Positions 9,231 through 17,576 of a stretch of DNA of 64,000 nucleotides are shown here, piece after piece; position 1 is the stretch's first letter; each line of letters begins with the position of its first letter. The notes under the pieces were generated by a model. The model ran no database searches and was not told where the DNA came from. It worked only from the letters and a program-made list of their open reading frames with translations. Source of the DNA: Planctomycetota bacterium (GTDB lineage: Bacteria > Planctomycetota > UBA11346); assembly GCA_038231435.1 (NCBI GenBank), contig JBBRLJ010000020.1:1-64000 (forward strand), read 5' to 3'. The translations under genes were made by a program, and so were the position numbers.

Positions 9231-10529
9231 TCAGCCGGCGCGCGCCGTCCGGCGTAGCCGGGTGATGAAGTCATCGAGCTGCTTCGCCACCGCCACCTCG
9301 TCGAAGGCGCGCGCGTCGACCATGTCCGCGGTCAGCACGATGTGCGGCACGCCCGCCGCCTCGTAGCCGGGTAGGCGGCGTTTCACGTAGCTGTTCCAGA
9401 TGCCGCACGAGCGGTTCCAGTGCGCCACGATACCGTCTCCCGCATAGTCGCGGACCAGGCCGAGCGTCCAATCGAGCACCCATTTCCCCGAGCGGTTCAT
9501 GGTGTTCCACGCGTAGCGCTCAACCAGGGTGTCGAATGGCCGCGCGACATCGAACTCGAACCACCACGAATGCGTATAGGTGCTGGCGACGAACGCGGCG
9601 CCGCGCTCGGCGCAGAACTTGGCCAGCCAGTTCTTGCGCGGCCAGATCGGGATCGCGTCCCACACCAGGCGCACGGTCTCTCCCGGCACCGCGGCGACCC
9701 CGGCGGCGATGCGCGCGTCGAGCTCATCCAGCAGGCGCCGGTAGTAGTCGGTCGCGAGCGGAGTGCCGCGCGCGATGACGATCGGCGCCATGGCGGTGAA
9801 GGCGTCGAGGTTGGTCCAGGGCGCCGGGCGCTGGCGGGCGCGCTCGAGGCACTGCTGCCAGAGCCGGTTCGAGCGTGCCGATTCCGCCACCACCGCGCCC
9901 AGCGCGGCCTCGTCGAGCGTCAGGCCGAAGCGTCGGCCGATGTCCGCGACGTGCTCGAGGATCTGCGCCTTGAAGCCGGCCAGCTCGGGCGCGGTATGGG
10001 TCTCGGCGCGCGTCAGTGGCGGAGCCTTGAGCACATAGTGAGGGATGTCGCGGGCCTGTTCTCCGAGCGAACGGTAGTGGCGTTGCACCTCGTCGCCCCA
10101 GCGCGCGACCACCGCGCACTGGCTGTCGCAGGCGTAGAACAGATCCGGCGGCGGCAAGCCGCCGATCGGCGACGGCTGGCTGCCGGCGAGCGCGCCGAGA
10201 TCGGCGAGCGCGTAGCTGCACAGGCGTGGCGCGGCGTAGCCGCCGCGTTCGGCGGCATCGATGGCGGCGCGCGCGTACGGGCGATCGGGATCGCGCGTCT
10301 CGGACAGCGCGCCCATCATCGCGGCGTGGTTCTCGGGATAGACCGGGATGATGCCCATCGCCAACAGCACCTCGGCGGGCGCGAACGCCGAGCACCACGC
10401 CACCGGCTTGCCCGAGGCGCGGACCTGGTCGTACCAGGCGAAGATGTCGAAGGCGGTGCCCAGGCGGCCGGGCCTGGGGACGTCCGCCGTCCGTCGTCCA
10501 TCGTCCGTCGTGCCGTGGCCGCTGGGCAT
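9231..10529 (-). CDS. 2-hydroxyacyl-CoA dehydratase family subunit (HgdA/B, FldB/C, BcrB-like)
   Basis: KPVAW....PAEVLLAMGIIPVYPENH, LCSY, GGLPPPD, CDSQC, RLVWDAIPIW, DGIVAHWNRSC, ADMVDAR. Confidence 0.88.
   Translation of the reverse strand: MPSGHGTTDDGRRTADVPRPGRLGTAFDIFAWYDQVRASGKPVAWCSAFAPAEVLLAMGIIPVYPENHAAMMGALSETRDPDRPYARAAIDAAERGGYAAPRLCSYALADLGALAGSQPSPIGGLPPPDLFYACDSQCAVVARWGDEVQRHYRSLGEQARDIPHYVLKAPPLTRAETHTAPELAGFKAQILEHVADIGRRFGLTLDEAALGAVVAESARSNRLWQQCLERARQRPAPWTNLDAFTAMAPIVIARGTPLATDYYRRLLDELDARIAAGVAAVPGETVRLVWDAIPIWPRKNWLAKFCAERGAAFVASTYTHSWWFEFDVARPFDTLVERYAWNTMNRSGKWVLDWTLGLVRDYAGDGIVAHWNRSCGIWNSYVKRRLPGYEAAGVPHIVLTADMVDARAFDEVAVAKQLDDFITRLRRTARAG
10482..10509 (+). repeat. 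Heptamer tandem repeat GTCCRYC x4
   Basis: GTCCGCC GTCCGTC GTCCATC GTCCGTC; inverted copy GGACGACGGAC at 10621-10631. Confidence 0.7.
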
Positions 10530-10650
10530 CTCAGCATGCTACGCGGCCTTCGCCCTTGGCGAGCGCGGATCCGCCGCTCCAATCGCCAGCCATGACGACT
10601 CCGCCTCTCTTCGTTACGCCGGACGACGGACTTCGGGCGACGGACCTCGC

Positions 10651-11379
10651 ATGACCACCCCCTACGCGCTGGTCACCGGAGCCAGCCGCGGCATCGGCGC
10701 GGCGATCGCCAAGCGGCTGGCCGCCGATGGTTTCGACGTAGTGGTGAACTTCCGTTCCAGCCGCGATGCCGCCGAGGCTGTCGCCGCGGCAGTGACTGCG
10801 GCAGGCCGCACGGCGTGGCTCGACCCGTACGACGTCACCGACCGGCCCGGAGCGAAGGCCGCCATCGAACGCATGCTCGCCGAGCGCGGGGCGCCGAATG
10901 CGGTCGTGGTCAACGCTGGCATCACCAAGGATGGCCTGCTCGCGTTCATGGGCGACGACGAGTGGGATGAGGTGATCACCACCAGCCTCGGCGGTTTCTA
11001 CAACATCGTGCGGCCGCTGATCGGGCCGATGCTCAAGGCGCGACGAGGGCGCATCGTCACCATCGCCTCGGTGAGCGGGCTGATGGGCAATGCCGGCCAG
11101 GTGAACTACTCGGCGGCCAAGGGCGGTCTGATCGCCGCCACCAAGGCATTGGCGCGCGAAGTCGCGAAGCGTTCGCTCACGGCCAACGTCGTCGCGCCGG
11201 GCCTGATCGACACCGACATGACCAAGGGCTTGCCGCTCGAGCAGATGCTGCAGGCGGTGCCCATGGGGCGGCTGGGCAGCGTGGACGAAGTCGCTTCGGC
11301 GGTGTCCTACCTGCTGTCGCCCGGCGCGGCCTACGTCACGGGACAGGTGCTGTCGGTGAACGGCGGATTGTATACCTGA
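10651..11379 (+). CDS. fabG: 3-oxoacyl-ACP reductase (FabG, resembling the aryl-polyene cluster paralog)
   Basis: TGASRGIG, NAGITKDG, GNAGQVNYSAAK, VAPGLIDTDM, TGQVLSVNGG. Confidence 0.9.
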   Translation: MTTPYALVTGASRGIGAAIAKRLAADGFDVVVNFRSSRDAAEAVAAAVTAAGRTAWLDPYDVTDRPGAKAAIERMLAERGAPNAVVVNAGITKDGLLAFMGDDEWDEVITTSLGGFYNIVRPLIGPMLKARRGRIVTIASVSGLMGNAGQVNYSAAKGGLIAATKALAREVAKRSLTANVVAPGLIDTDMTKGLPLEQMLQAVPMGRLGSVDEVASAVSYLLSPGAAYVTGQVLSVNGGLYT

Positions 11380-11462
11380 GCCATCCGCCTCCGACGAGGC
11401 GACTATTCGCATCAAGCCATCCGCCTTGACCCCGACCGATCGCCCGCCAGCCTCGCCGGCCG

Positions 11463-12602
11463 ATGTCGAAGCTCCTCACCCTGGATTGGCTGCTGGTGTT
11501 CATCCCCGCCACCATCGTGCTGAACTACGGCATGGGTGGCACCCAGGTGCACACCTGGATCTTCATCTGCTCGTGCCTCTCGATCATCCCCCTCGCGGGA
11601 TGGATGGGGCGCGCCACCGAACACCTCGCCGAGCGCACCAGCGAGGCCGTCGGCGGCCTGCTCAACGCCACCTTCGGCAACGCCGCCGAGCTGATCATCG
11701 CGCTGGTCGCGCTGTCCAGCCCGAACGACATGCACGAGATCGTCAAGGCGTCGATCACCGGGTCGATCATCGGCAATGTGCTGCTGGTGATGGGCGCTGC
11801 CTTCCTCGCCGGCGGCCTGCGCCACCGCGTGCAATCGTTCAACGCGCGCGGCGTCGGCAGCATGACCACCATGCTCGGCTTGGCGGCGATCGCTCTGGTG
11901 GTGCCCGCGGTCTTCCATTCCCTGGAAGGCCAGGCGAACAACACCAAGGAGCAGTACCTCAGCCTCGGCATCTCGGCGGTCCTGCTGGTCACCTACGCCT
12001 GCAGCCTGTTCTTCAGTCTGCACACCCACAAGCAGCTGTTCATGAGCGCGGCCGAAACCGCCGTCGATGAGGATGACGAGTTTGGAGACGGACACGTCGC
12101 GCCTCACGCGGCACAGTGGAGCGTGATCAAATCCATCTCCATCCTCGCTGGCGCGACCGTGCTGGTGGCGTGGATCAGCGAGATGCTGGTCGGATCCGTC
12201 GAGCACGCCGCGCACGCCTTCGGCATGACCAACGTCTTCATCGGCGTGGTGGTGGTGGCGATCATCGGCAACGCCGCCGAGCATTCGACCGCGATCATGG
12301 TGGCGCTGAAGAATCGCATGGACCTGGCCATTGGCGTCGCGGTCGGCTCCAGCATCCAGATCGCGACCTTCGTCGCCCCGGTGCTGGTGTTCGCCAGCTA
12401 CTTCATCGGTTCGCATCCGCTCGACCTGGTGTTCACCACCGCCGAGGTGCTGGCCGTGGTCGCCGCCGTGGTGGTGTGCGTGCAGGTGACCAACGATGGC
12501 GAATCGCATTGGTTGGAAGGCGTGCAGCTGCTGTCGGTCTACATCATCCTCGCGTTGGTGTTCTATCTGCTGCCGGCCACGTCCCACGCCCTGCCGGCCT
12601 GA
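11463..12602 (+). CDS. cax: Ca2+/H+ antiporter (CAX/ChaA family)
   Basis: GGLLNATFGNAAELI, GSIIGN, IIGNAAEH, GSSIQIA, acidic central loop EDDE. Confidence 0.93.
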   Translation: MSKLLTLDWLLVFIPATIVLNYGMGGTQVHTWIFICSCLSIIPLAGWMGRATEHLAERTSEAVGGLLNATFGNAAELIIALVALSSPNDMHEIVKASITGSIIGNVLLVMGAAFLAGGLRHRVQSFNARGVGSMTTMLGLAAIALVVPAVFHSLEGQANNTKEQYLSLGISAVLLVTYACSLFFSLHTHKQLFMSAAETAVDEDDEFGDGHVAPHAAQWSVIKSISILAGATVLVAWISEMLVGSVEHAAHAFGMTNVFIGVVVVAIIGNAAEHSTAIMVALKNRMDLAIGVAVGSSIQIATFVAPVLVFASYFIGSHPLDLVFTTAEVLAVVAAVVVCVQVTNDGESHWLEGVQLLSVYIILALVFYLLPATSHALPA

Positions 12603-12637
12603 GGCTCCTGAGGCTCCTGAGGCTGAGGCCTCTCAGC
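12598..12637 (+). repeat. 9-mer CCTGAGGCT x3 running into hairpin GCTGAG-GCCT-CTCAGC
   Basis: Read directly at the cax stop codon. Confidence 0.7.
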
Positions 12638-12687
12638 GCATCATTCGCCGCGCTTTACTCGACCCGGACCACTCTACCCTGGTCCGC

Positions 12688-13284
12688 ATGGCGCTGACTC
12701 CCTCGACCATGCTGCCGCTGGGCAGCGCCGCGCCGGACTTCGCCGTCACCGAGGTCGACGGCACCACCGCGCGGCTCGCCGATTTCGCGGGCAAGCCGCT
12801 CCTGGTGGTGTTCATGTGCAACCACTGCCCGTACGTGAAGCACGTCCGCGCCGAGCTGAGCCAGCTGACCACCGAGTACCTGGCCAAGGGCGTGGCGGTG
12901 ATCGGCATCAGCAGCAACGACACCGAACGCTATCCGCAGGATGGCCTCGACGCGATGCGCGTCGAGAAGCGCGACGCCGGCTACCGCTTCCCCTACTGCC
13001 TCGACGCCGACCAGGCCGCGGCAAAGGCCTATCGCGCCGCCTGCACGCCCGACTTCTTCCTGTTCGACTGGTCGCCGGAGCGCGCCCGGCGCCTGCATTA
13101 CCGCGGGCAGCTCGACGGCTCGCGCCCCAACAGCGGCGTGCCGGTGACCGGCGCCGATCTGCGCGCCGCACTCGACCTCTGCCTGTCCGGTAAGCCCGGG
13201 CCCGCGATCCAGAAGCCCAGTATGGGCTGCAATATCAAATGGAAGCCCGGCAACGAGCCCGATTACTTCCAGGCCAGGCGCTAA
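12688..13284 (+). CDS. Thioredoxin-like protein (AhpC/TSA, PRX_like1)
   Basis: FMCNHCPYV, ISSND..YPQD, AACTPDFF, YRGQLD, PSMGCNIKW. Confidence 0.92.
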   Translation: MALTPSTMLPLGSAAPDFAVTEVDGTTARLADFAGKPLLVVFMCNHCPYVKHVRAELSQLTTEYLAKGVAVIGISSNDTERYPQDGLDAMRVEKRDAGYRFPYCLDADQAAAKAYRAACTPDFFLFDWSPERARRLHYRGQLDGSRPNSGVPVTGADLRAALDLCLSGKPGPAIQKPSMGCNIKWKPGNEPDYFQARR

Positions 13285-13287
13285 CGA

Positions 13288-13974
13288 ATGCCCACCGCGA
13301 ACGATCCGGCGCAGACCGAGCTGTGGCTGGTGCGCCATGCAGAGAGCACCGGCAACAAGGATGGCGTGCTGCAGGGCCAGCAGGATCAGCCACTCTCACC
13401 GCTCGGCCACCTGCAGGCGAAGTTGCTGGCGCGGCGCCTCCAGGGTCAGCGCTTCGCGGCGCTCTACTGCAGCGACCTGCAACGCGCGCGCGGCACGGCG
13501 CAATACGTCGCCCAGGCGACCTCGCTGCTTCCGCGGCCCGATCAACGCCTGCGCGAGATCGATTGCGGGGCCTGGTCGGGCCTTACCAACGAGCAGATCG
13601 CGGCGGCCTTCCCCGAGGAGTGGGCTGCGTGGCACCAACGCGATCCACGCATGCGCCGCGGCGGCGGAGAATCCTACGTCGACGCGGGCATCCGCATCAC
13701 CGAGGCCATCGAATCGATCGCCGTCATGCATCCGGGGCAGCGCGTACTGGTGATCTTCCACGGCGCGGTGCTGCGCATCTATCTGGCGACGCTCCTGCAG
13801 CTCGACCTGTCGCTGACCTGGCATCTGGTGGTCTCCAACACCGGCATCTGCCGGGTGAAACCCTTCGAGCCGGCGTTCGGCGGAACCAATCCGCGCGTCG
13901 GCCACATCGTCTCCATGAACGACCTCGCGCACCTCGACCAGGGCGCGGCGGCGGCAGCGGCGGCGGCACGCTGA
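13288..13974 (+). CDS. Histidine phosphatase family protein (phosphoglycerate mutase-like)
   Basis: LVRHAES, SDLQRA..TA, LREIDCGAWSG, GGES, IFHGA. Confidence 0.9.
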   Translation: MPTANDPAQTELWLVRHAESTGNKDGVLQGQQDQPLSPLGHLQAKLLARRLQGQRFAALYCSDLQRARGTAQYVAQATSLLPRPDQRLREIDCGAWSGLTNEQIAAAFPEEWAAWHQRDPRMRRGGGESYVDAGIRITEAIESIAVMHPGQRVLVIFHGAVLRIYLATLLQLDLSLTWHLVVSNTGICRVKPFEPAFGGTNPRVGHIVSMNDLAHLDQGAAAAAAAAR

Positions 13975-13975
13975 G

Positions 13976-14482
13976 ATGCGCGGCCCACCGGCGATCGAGA
14001 ACGCCTGGCGGCGCGTGGCGTCGCTGCCCCGGCTCGGCCGGGTCGAGCTGGTGGTCGCGGATGCAGGTCTGCGATCGCTGAGATTCCTGGACTGGATCGA
14101 TGGAGCCGACGGCGGCACCCAGGAAGGGCGCGCGGCACCTCACCCCCTGCTCGATCGCGCCGAAGCCGAGCTGCGCCGCTACGTCGCCGGCTCGGCCCTG
14201 CGCGACCGCCTGCCGCTCGATCTCACCCAGCACGGCGAATTCACCCGCGAGGTGCTGCGCGCAACCTCCAAGGTCGGCCACGGCGAGACCTCCACCTATG
14301 GGGCCATCGCGCGCGCCATCGGCAAGCCGGCCGCCGCGCGCGCGGTGGGCCAGGCGCTAGGACGCAATGCGGTGCCGATCTTCGTTCCCTGCCATCGCGT
14401 GCTCGCCGCCACCGGCCTCGGCGGCTTCTCGGGCGGCGACGGGGTTAAGGCTGTATTACTTGAGATCGAGGGGTTCGGTTAA
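13976..14482 (+). CDS. ogt: Methylated-DNA--protein-cysteine methyltransferase
   Basis: GETSTYG, ARAVGQALGRN, PCHRV active site, K..LLEIEG. Confidence 0.93.
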   Translation: MRGPPAIENAWRRVASLPRLGRVELVVADAGLRSLRFLDWIDGADGGTQEGRAAPHPLLDRAEAELRRYVAGSALRDRLPLDLTQHGEFTREVLRATSKVGHGETSTYGAIARAIGKPAAARAVGQALGRNAVPIFVPCHRVLAATGLGGFSGGDGVKAVLLEIEGFG

Positions 14483-14488
14483 ATCGGG

Positions 14489-14511
14489 GCCCCATCGCCC
14501 CGCGATGGGGC
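14489..14511. terminator. Perfect 10-bp GC hairpin after ogt (possible bidirectional terminator)
   Basis: GCCCCATCGC-CCC-GCGATGGGGC between convergent genes; no strong U tract. Confidence 0.5.
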
Positions 14512-14643
14512 GGGCGCCGAGGGGCGGTCGGCGGATAAAATCGGCGTAGCCGATCCGCCGACGATTGCGTAGCGCAGCGGAGACATCGAGCCCCGACAAA
14601 GCCCGTGGGGTAGGCCCGCAGGGCCGTAGGGGCGGAGCCCCTG
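14511..14643 (+). repeat. 133-bp palindromic intergenic repeat, copy A (REP/REPIN-like)
   Basis: Ungapped 124/133 identity to 48841-48973; nested stems; two GTAG-footed hairpins. Confidence 0.9.
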
Positions 14644-14648
14644 ATCAA

Positions 14649-15809
14649 CTACAGCTTCTCGAAGCGCACGATGGTGCCATTCCCGTAGGCGAGGGCGTAG
14701 AGCTCGCCATCGCGGTCCTCGGCGAAGCTCGAGATGCCGCCTTGCGACGCGATCTCGCGATTGCCCGCGACCTTGCCATCCTTGAGCGTCAACCCCCACA
14801 CCCGGCCGCTGACGAAATCGGCGTAGATGTACGTTCCCACCAGTTCCGGGAAACGCTTGCCGCGGTAGACGTAGCCGCCGGTCACCGACTTGCCGAGCGA
14901 CGCTGGATAGTCGATCACCGGCTCGATGAGCTTCCGATCCTGCCCGTCGCCGGGATCCTTGAACGGGTGCGTGCCCTCGCGGATGTTCCAGCCGTAGTTG
15001 CCGCCTTTGACGATGAGGTCGATCTCCTCGAACGAGTTCTGACCCACGTCCCCCGCCCACAATTCATGGGTCTGGCGATCGAAACTCATGCGCCACATGT
15101 TGCGGCAGCCGTAGGCCCATATCTCGCCGCGGATGCCGGCGATGCCCGCGAAGGGATTGTCCTTCGGGACCGCGTACTTCAGCCCCGCGTCCTGGTGGTC
15201 GACATCGATGCGCAGCACCTTGCCGAGCAGGGTATCGCGTTTCTGGCCGTTGCCGTGGGGATCGCCGCCGCTGCCGCCATCGCCGATGGACAGGTAGAGC
15301 ATGTGGTCGACACCGAAGAGCAGGGTCCCACCATTGTGATTCTCGTAGGGATCGTCGACATCGATCAGCACCTGCTCGCTGGCGGGGTCGAAGCGACCGG
15401 CGTCCTTGGCATCGACCGTGAAGCTCGACAAGCGGTTGCGCCGTGGCTTGTCGACGCAGTACCAGACGAAGATCCGGCGGTCGCGGGCGAAGCTCGGATG
15501 GAAGGCGATCGCCAGCATGCCCTCCTCGCTGCCCCGGCTGTTCACCGCGTCGTGGATGTCCAGAACCGCCGTGGCCGGCGCCGCCCCCTTCGACGGGAAG
15601 CTCATGATCCGCCCGGCCTGCTCGACCAGATACAGGCGCGCATCCGGATCAGGGGCGTCGGGCCACGCCAGGCACACCGGGTGCGTGAAGGTGAGATTCG
15701 GCCACACCCGCGCCAGCTTGTACGGGAGCGCCTCGCCCGCGCACACCTCGGAGGCGCAAGCGATCACGACTAGCGCGATCAGGGCCAGGCCGCGGATGGA
15801 TATGCTCAT
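14649..15809 (-). CDS. PQQ-dependent glucose/sorbosone dehydrogenase family protein
   Basis: Signal peptide; EEGMLAIAFHP, NHNGG, GDGGSGGDP, GKVLRIDV, PKDNPF, EIWAYGCRN, GDVGQ, GGNYGW; ATGA overlap with upstream gene. Confidence 0.9.
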   Translation of the reverse strand: MSISIRGLALIALVVIACASEVCAGEALPYKLARVWPNLTFTHPVCLAWPDAPDPDARLYLVEQAGRIMSFPSKGAAPATAVLDIHDAVNSRGSEEGMLAIAFHPSFARDRRIFVWYCVDKPRRNRLSSFTVDAKDAGRFDPASEQVLIDVDDPYENHNGGTLLFGVDHMLYLSIGDGGSGGDPHGNGQKRDTLLGKVLRIDVDHQDAGLKYAVPKDNPFAGIAGIRGEIWAYGCRNMWRMSFDRQTHELWAGDVGQNSFEEIDLIVKGGNYGWNIREGTHPFKDPGDGQDRKLIEPVIDYPASLGKSVTGGYVYRGKRFPELVGTYIYADFVSGRVWGLTLKDGKVAGNREIASQGGISSFAEDRDGELYALAYGNGTIVRFEKL

Positions 15810-17473
15810 GCGCTCAGCGCTCCTTCCTGGAGATTGTAGTCGACGTACGCAGCGAGGTGGTCGCCCATCAGATCGTAGGGCTTGAGCACCAGGCTCGCGC
15901 CCGCTTCTTCCAGCAGGCGCTCCTGCTCGGCGTTCTCGGCGGTCGCCACGATGATGGCGTGCGAAGCGATCGCGCGGCACGATTTCACCAGGGCACGGTT
16001 GTCGATGCCCTTGAGCAGCATGTCCGGGATGGTGAGTAGGATCATCCGGGCGCGGTCGAGGTGCGCGTGCAGGAGCGTGTCGTGGCTCGAGATGTCGCCG
16101 AAGGTGCCGGCGACGCCTTCCTGCTTCAGCTCCTTGAGCGATTCGAGATTGAAATCGACCACCAGGGTCTTTCCCACCAGGTCGGGGTTGCGTGCGCGCA
16201 GATGATCGATGAACGCGCGCGCGCCACGATGGAAGCCGAGCACGGCGATGGGGTGCTCGTCGCAGGAATCATCGTCGCGCTCGTGCCGGCGCGTGTCGCG
16301 CAGCCCGGCGCGTAGCAGCGCCCGGTCGAAGCGCTTGTACAGCTGGTGGTTGTAACGGATGGCGTACGAGCCCAGCACGGCGGTGATGGCCATGGCGTAG
16401 CCGATGATGGTGTGCGTCGACATGCTGATGTGCTCGTGGACCAGGCCGAGACCGGCGATGACCAGGCCGAACTCGCTGATCTGCGCGAGGTTCACGCTGG
16501 CGATGAACGCCGTGCGTCGGCCCGCTCCCGCGAGCGAGAGCAGCGGATACACCGACAGGAAACGCGACACCAGCACGAAGCCCACCACCAGGGCGATCAT
16601 CCCCGCCTGCTGGCGATCGGGCACCGGGATGGTCATCCCGAGCGTCACGAAGAACAACGTCAGGAAGAAATCGCGCAGCGGCAGGGTCTTGGCGGTGACG
16701 TGCAGGCTGTATGGGAAGGCCGCAATCGACAACCCCGCGATGAGCGCGCCCATCTCCTTCGACAGGCCCATCGCAGCGGCCGCGCCCGCGACCAGCGCGC
16801 ACCAGCCGATCGATACCGCCACCACCATCTCGGGGGCGCGCGCGATCGACACGAACACCGGGCGGAGGACGAACTTCGAGGTCACGAAGCCCGCGGCGAG
16901 CAGCGCCGCCGACGCCGCCAGCGCCTTGACGATCGGCCACGCGCTCGGGTGCGCGAAGCTGGGCTGGAAAGCCAGCACCAGGATCGCGTAGACGTCCTGG
17001 ATCACCAGCACGCCCAGGGTCAGTCGCCCTGGCGTGGTATCGAGCTCGACCTTGTCATAGAGCAGCTTGACCACGATCGCGGTGCTCGAGAGCGCGCACA
17101 CCAGCGCCAGGTACAGGCCGTCGCTGTGCGAACCGGTCAACCCGTAGCCGAGCGCCGAGAACAGCCCCACCCCCAGCGCCACGCACACCGGAAATTGCCC
17201 GATCCCCGGTAGCAGCAGCTTGCGCCCTGCCTTGGCCAGCTGGCGCAGATCCATCTCGAGGCCGATCACGAACAGCAGCAGCACCAAGCCGATCTCGGAG
17301 ATGGTGTGGATGTTGTCGTCGCCGCTGACGAAGCCGAAGCCGAGCGTCGGGCCGACCACCACCCCGGCGATGATATAGGCGAGGATGATCGGCTGCTTCA
17401 GCCAATGGGCGAGCAGACCGAGCACGGTGGCGGCGATGACGCTCACGCCGATGTCGTGGAGCAAGTCCTGCAT
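15806..17473 (-). CDS. CPA2 cation:proton antiporter with C-terminal TrkA-N/KTN domain (KefC-like)
   Basis: QPIILAYI, EIGLVLLLFVIGLE, LSSTAIVVK, LVIQD, LRDFF, QISEF; soluble Rossmann-like tail. Confidence 0.9.
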   Translation of the reverse strand: MQDLLHDIGVSVIAATVLGLLAHWLKQPIILAYIIAGVVVGPTLGFGFVSGDDNIHTISEIGLVLLLFVIGLEMDLRQLAKAGRKLLLPGIGQFPVCVALGVGLFSALGYGLTGSHSDGLYLALVCALSSTAIVVKLLYDKVELDTTPGRLTLGVLVIQDVYAILVLAFQPSFAHPSAWPIVKALAASAALLAAGFVTSKFVLRPVFVSIARAPEMVVAVSIGWCALVAGAAAAMGLSKEMGALIAGLSIAAFPYSLHVTAKTLPLRDFFLTLFFVTLGMTIPVPDRQQAGMIALVVGFVLVSRFLSVYPLLSLAGAGRRTAFIASVNLAQISEFGLVIAGLGLVHEHISMSTHTIIGYAMAITAVLGSYAIRYNHQLYKRFDRALLRAGLRDTRRHERDDDSCDEHPIAVLGFHRGARAFIDHLRARNPDLVGKTLVVDFNLESLKELKQEGVAGTFGDISSHDTLLHAHLDRARMILLTIPDMLLKGIDNRALVKSCRAIASHAIIVATAENAEQERLLEEAGASLVLKPYDLMGDHLAAYVDYNLQEGALSA

Positions 17474-17576
17474 GGCGGATGCACCATCGGGTGCGTATCC
17501 CGTGCGGCAAATGGTAATGACGGCCGCGCGGGAATGCATCTGGAACCACAGCCATCAATCGCTATCCCTCGGATGC

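Noticed and set aside
14511..14643. CRISPR array or tRNA
   Set aside because: Only two dispersed copies, no repeat-spacer periodicity, no cas genes, and no tRNA T-loop or CCA features.
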